Part shown: positions 59,712 to 64,000 of the stretch, piece after piece
How the letters are laid out: each line of letters begins with the position of its first letter
How positions within the stretch are numbered: the stretch's first letter is position 1
Source: Dimorphilus gyrociliatus
Taxonomy: Eukaryota; Animalia; Annelida
Assembly (NCBI GenBank): GCA_904063045.1
Contig: CAJFCJ010000053.1
Span: forward strand, 30,885 to 94,884
Direction of reading: 5' to 3'
DNA: 64,000 nt
The notes under the pieces: model-generated
Seen by the model: the letters and a program-made list of their open reading frames with translations, nothing else
Database searches by the model: none
What the model was told of the DNA's origin: nothing
Position numbers and translations under genes: made by a program

Positions 59712-60091
59712 TGTCTACAACATTGGTTATATTTAACATGCTTGAACTCTATTATTTTATGCAACTTATACATGTACATCTTAAAAATCTATGCAAGAAA
59801 ATGCTATAACATTGGCCAAAGAGAGGTTTCATTAGTCAGCTTTAAGGCTCATCTTTAATTACCAATAAAGGTTTGGTCAAGTTATAATTTAATTAACTTG
59901 CCTAGGGTGTGGCCTAACCCTAACCCCAAGTCCTAACCTAACTCTGCTATTGAACTCTCATATTGTTACTTGCTTAAGTATTATTATTTTGAATAAACCG
60001 TTTTAATTTAAACATTTGTTTAAAGGTTCGAGTAGAACCAGTATTGTTATAACTTTCAAGCGCATAGATTTTGCCAAGCAAGAGCAGTACA
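59712..60091 (+). mobile_element. Solo LTR family A with ~270 bp replaced by a telomere-like filler
   Basis: Reverse complement of 33821-33620 and 33348-33200, joined by TAACCCTAACCCCAAGTCCTAACCTAA at 59915-59941. Confidence 0.88.
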
Positions 60092-61129
60092 ATAGTTATA
60101 AAATAGAAGGATATTGGGAAATTAAGGGTGATGGCAAGAGTTTTGGGAATGCATGGAAAAAGAGTTTGGGCACATACAAAGATAAAAAAATTATACTTGA
60201 TTTATCAGTGTCGATTCATTACAACTAACACAACTCAAAAATCCTAACCAAAAACACAAGAAGGAAATAAAGATTTTAATACTTGATATATTCCTATCTA
60301 TAGACTTAAAGTTTTGCATGCAAGTTCAGTATTTATTCATTAATAAATACAAAGGGATAATATCTACTGTTGCCTTATTACCTGACCAGAATGATTTATG
60401 AAAAATCATTATACAATTTCAAGAGCCATAAATTTTTATTTTGGAAATATGATACAAAACATGCTCAACACATTGGAGAAAAAATCAACATATCTTATAT
60501 CTGTCATCAATAACTTATTACTTGCCTTTTCAATTGTTAACAATCAATGGAAGGAAAAGTAAAATATTTACTCAATTGAAAAACTAATTCTAGTCAAATT
60601 CTACCATTTTTTACTATACAAAAGATTTTTACCAAAGCTTAGATTTACTTGGTCAAAGGATTTGTACTTTGCTGTATTATAATTGTAGGAATTTCTGCTT
60701 CTTCAGAGCAGTACTCGTCCTTTCCAATCATTTATCAATGCACCAAAGTACTCAAACAAATAGAACTTTTCAAGTTCATCCACAAATAGTCTTAATAAAT
60801 GTAATTTCGGTAGAAATAATTCAACAAAATACCAGTATTTCATTTAAAGAATATCTATTGAGTAAATGAGTTTCTAGTTCTAAACAAATAAGTTTAAACA
60901 ATCAGTTAACAGTTAAGAACTGAACTGCCAAATTGGAGAAATGTATTTTCTTTTATACATTTCCCAAAGCTTGGGTTCAATTTATCAAAAGATTGCATAT
61001 GTCACAAAAACATAATCCCTAAACAAAGGCTATATAGTCAGCACATGTTGCCACATAACACATCTGTCCCATTAACATCTGATAATAGTTAAGAAAAACA
61101 ACTTTGACACATTTCTTTTTAAAGTGCTA

Positions 61130-61700
61130 AAGTTAACTCTACAAAATAAAAGTCTTTCAAAAGTTCCACCATTATAATTCATACAAAATAGTAGTATTTC
61201 TATAGTTGCACCATTCTAATTCCTATAAAATAGAAGTCTTTCTAAGGTACCCTAATATCTAAAGTCTAAGCATTCATATATCATTATATCTTAGTGCACA
61301 GGATTACAAAGTTGAAATGTAACAGTCTCATAATGCACATATAACAAAAACAAAAAAAACTATTACATCACTTATGGCTAACATGTGGCAGTGCAAAAAC
61401 AAGCCTGCCTGTTCCTCATCTGTTTTTGAATAAGATGTAACAAGTTTGATATGCATTTTATCTATATTGTTTGTTAATTCCATAATGGCACCATCTGTTA
61501 TGGTCAAAGAATCTATTTCCTGCAAAATAAAGGTGTTTCTAAAGTTCTAGAATCTAATTCTACTAATTAAAAGTCTTTCTAAAGCTCCACAATTATAATT
61601 GTATGACATAAAAGTGATTCTATAATTCCCCCATTATAATTGCTACAAAATAAAAGCCTTTCTAAAATTCTATAATATCTAAAGTCTAAATATCACAGAG
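61130..61700 (+). repeat. Degenerate ~60-bp tandem repeats
   Basis: AAAATAAAAGTCTTTCTAAA and CCA.TATAATT blocks recur on both sides of the 61328-61525 segment. Confidence 0.6.
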
Positions 61701-62586
61701 TGTACGACTTTTAATCAATAATAGACCCAGAAAGCATCAAGAAAGCAAAAACACACCCTTGGTAATATGATACAGATATCATAACTCATACTGTGAAAGT
61801 CTACAGAAAGTGAAAAATTAAATATGAATGATTTTGGAACTATAATAAAGAAAGGAGTTAAAAATTTAAATATTAATCCTCGTTTTTTCAAAAAAATTTT
61901 TGTATAATCAAAGAAGTTATTTCAATTGTTCATGACTAGTAACAAATACATTTTAAATATTCAAATTCTCACCTATTCCTTCCTGCTCATTATTAACACA
62001 CCAAAGTACTGGTCCTAATAGAACCTAAAGTTTGTCCACAAGTATTAGCAAGTAAATGATATTTGTCCAAAGATTTGTATTTTACCAAATAAGATAGGTA
62101 TTGACTATTCTGAGCCTTTATCTCTAAAATAAACATTTCATTGCAAATTAAATACAACATGTAAAAATTGACAAGATTGTCTGTCTAGAGAGATTTTCTC
62201 TTACCAGTTTATATTTTCTTTCAAATAGATTTACAATCTAGATTGAAAGTTTGAAATATGATAAGCTATTTTGAAAGTAAAGGTTATTTGATATGTTACA
62301 CAACAATAAATGGTGTCTGGTATCTAATCTAGATTTTGGAATGCATCATGCTAATGTTTGTTCCTAACATTCAACTGATTTTATTCTTTGTGTTTTCTAA
62401 TTGATTTTCTCTCTTTTATAGTTATTTTGTAAGAAATTCGGATTTAAAAATGTTTTGCTATAAACTATACCTAGATCCTAATTCTTGTATTATGTCTGTT
62501 TAAAGCTCCTTTGAGCAGTTTTCTCTATCCAACATTTTTGTTAGTATTCCCAGTTACTTTTATGAGTCACATGGTTGCTTTGCAAC

Positions 62587-64000
62587 CAGACTAAATGAAT
62601 GATGATTTTTAACATTAAATTTTTTTATTAGTCTCTGCAATAACATTTTGCATGGATTGTTCTACCTACTTAAGTTTGGACAGCTGTTTCAACTATATGT
62701 TTCCAAGTATGTCAATACTTCATTTGATGGAATTTTTATTAAAGTATTTTATTAATGATCCACTTATTTTTTCCAACAATCTATAAATTATAGGCTTACT
62801 TAAAAACCAATTCAGACTGACAGACCACTTGGTGTTACACTCTCACTAAAAGCTTATATGGTTAAGATTAGTGTTGCTATTAGAAGCAGTTACACTAAAG
62901 AAAGGTTTGAGTGTTTTATGGCAGGGTTAGGTTAACTAACCCTAAATACCATGGTCTATTTTCAATCCATGTATGGCTACATCTTTTATAATTTTTATAT
63001 ACAGGGTTAAATTCCCCATTAACAGCCAAATGACCTAAACTAGTTGGCCATAAACCAGATATATATTTGTAGGTTGTTTATATACCAAGTTTACATTTGT
63101 GAATCCAGTTGAATACAATCCAACTGAAAAGTAGAAAAAAATCCAAACTATTTTAAGTAAGAAGACTTCAAAATGGCTACTGAGCAATGGAGAAGAATAT
63201 AAAATAAAGGCAAAATGTTTTTGACCACTTTGTAAAATGTGTAACAAATATTCTTTCAAACATGAACAACTATTACATAGCATTATGTAAAACGTACAAT
63301 TTTCTTTGATGAGCATCTTTTGATTCTTTCCCAATTCCATTGTGGCTCCGTCTGTTATAGTCAAATTATTCTTATTTAATTGTAATTTGCTGCTTTTAAA
63401 TGAATCACTAAGCTCAAAATATCTGACAAACAGAGAAAGTTTTAATTTAAGAATTGAAGTACGGAACATAGAAAGATGAACAGAACCAGAATTCTGTAAT
63501 CCATTAGTGAAGATGATGCCGAATTTTCTGTATTACCACCTGTTTGATTATTTGTTAAATAAATACATAATTTCTAAGTAGAATTCAATTGTTATCTTAC
63601 AGAATTTTCACAGATACTCTTCATTTTCTTGTACAGTTTCATTAGAAGGTCTACAAGATTCTGGAATGTTATATGTGCAAAAGAACAAATCACATATTTT
63701 TTGATATCAATACAGTTTTGCAGATAACTTTGGCATGCTGGAAAAAAAGAGATATAAACCCTAAATTATTGATTGGCGATATATTCAAGTATATTACTTA
63801 AGTAACAAAATCGCCTTAGTAAATAATTCAATGTCTAGAAATTCCAAATAAGACAACCGTTCATAATAAGATTTTCCTCCACACTGCACATGTCCTGTCA
63901 TAATTATGCAGCATTGTGTTGGCATGAAACCATTTTCCATCATGTTAATCAAAGTTATTGCTCATTTTTTCATTGCATTCCCTAACCAAACTTGTACAAC
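62587..64000 (+). repeat. Direct repeat, copy 2 (offset 62586 from copy 1)
   Basis: Matches 1-1415; the ORF track gives the same 144-aa ORF at 451-885 and 63035-63469. Confidence 0.97.

Noticed and set aside
59704-60096. TSD ATAGT around the solo LTR-A
   Set aside because: The left copy is separated from the degenerate LTR start by several bases, so it is not a clean TSD.

Overview
AT-rich animal genomic DNA with 53-60 nt introns, TTAGGG-type repeats and a GRL101-like receptor; a marine invertebrate or lophotrochozoan is inferred. The window is a mosaic of mobile DNA whose module junctions are repeatedly marked by short (TAACCC)n/(GGGTTA)n tracts. It holds eight type I hammerhead ribozymes (HHRs): three tandem pairs, one single copy and one minimal copy on the minus strand. 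Other mobile content: 5'-truncated Penelope-like retroelement (PLE) pieces, with the GIY-YIG nuclease placed before the conserved YHP linker; an apparently intact PHD-FLYWCH-MULE transposon with a 9-bp TSD; a 10.2-kb Ty3/gypsy provirus encoding a second aspartic protease and a class III-like envelope; solo LTRs of two families; and a degenerate ~180/360-bp satellite. Non-repeat content includes a two-exon secreted Cys-rich peptide gene missed by the ORF track, ITIH-C-like, PAN-like and GRL101-like genes, an OTU-domain ORF with an unknown partner ORF, and a decayed Vibrio-like gpmI fragment. Bases 1-1415 recur at 62587-64000. All calls were made by eye; no database searches were run.
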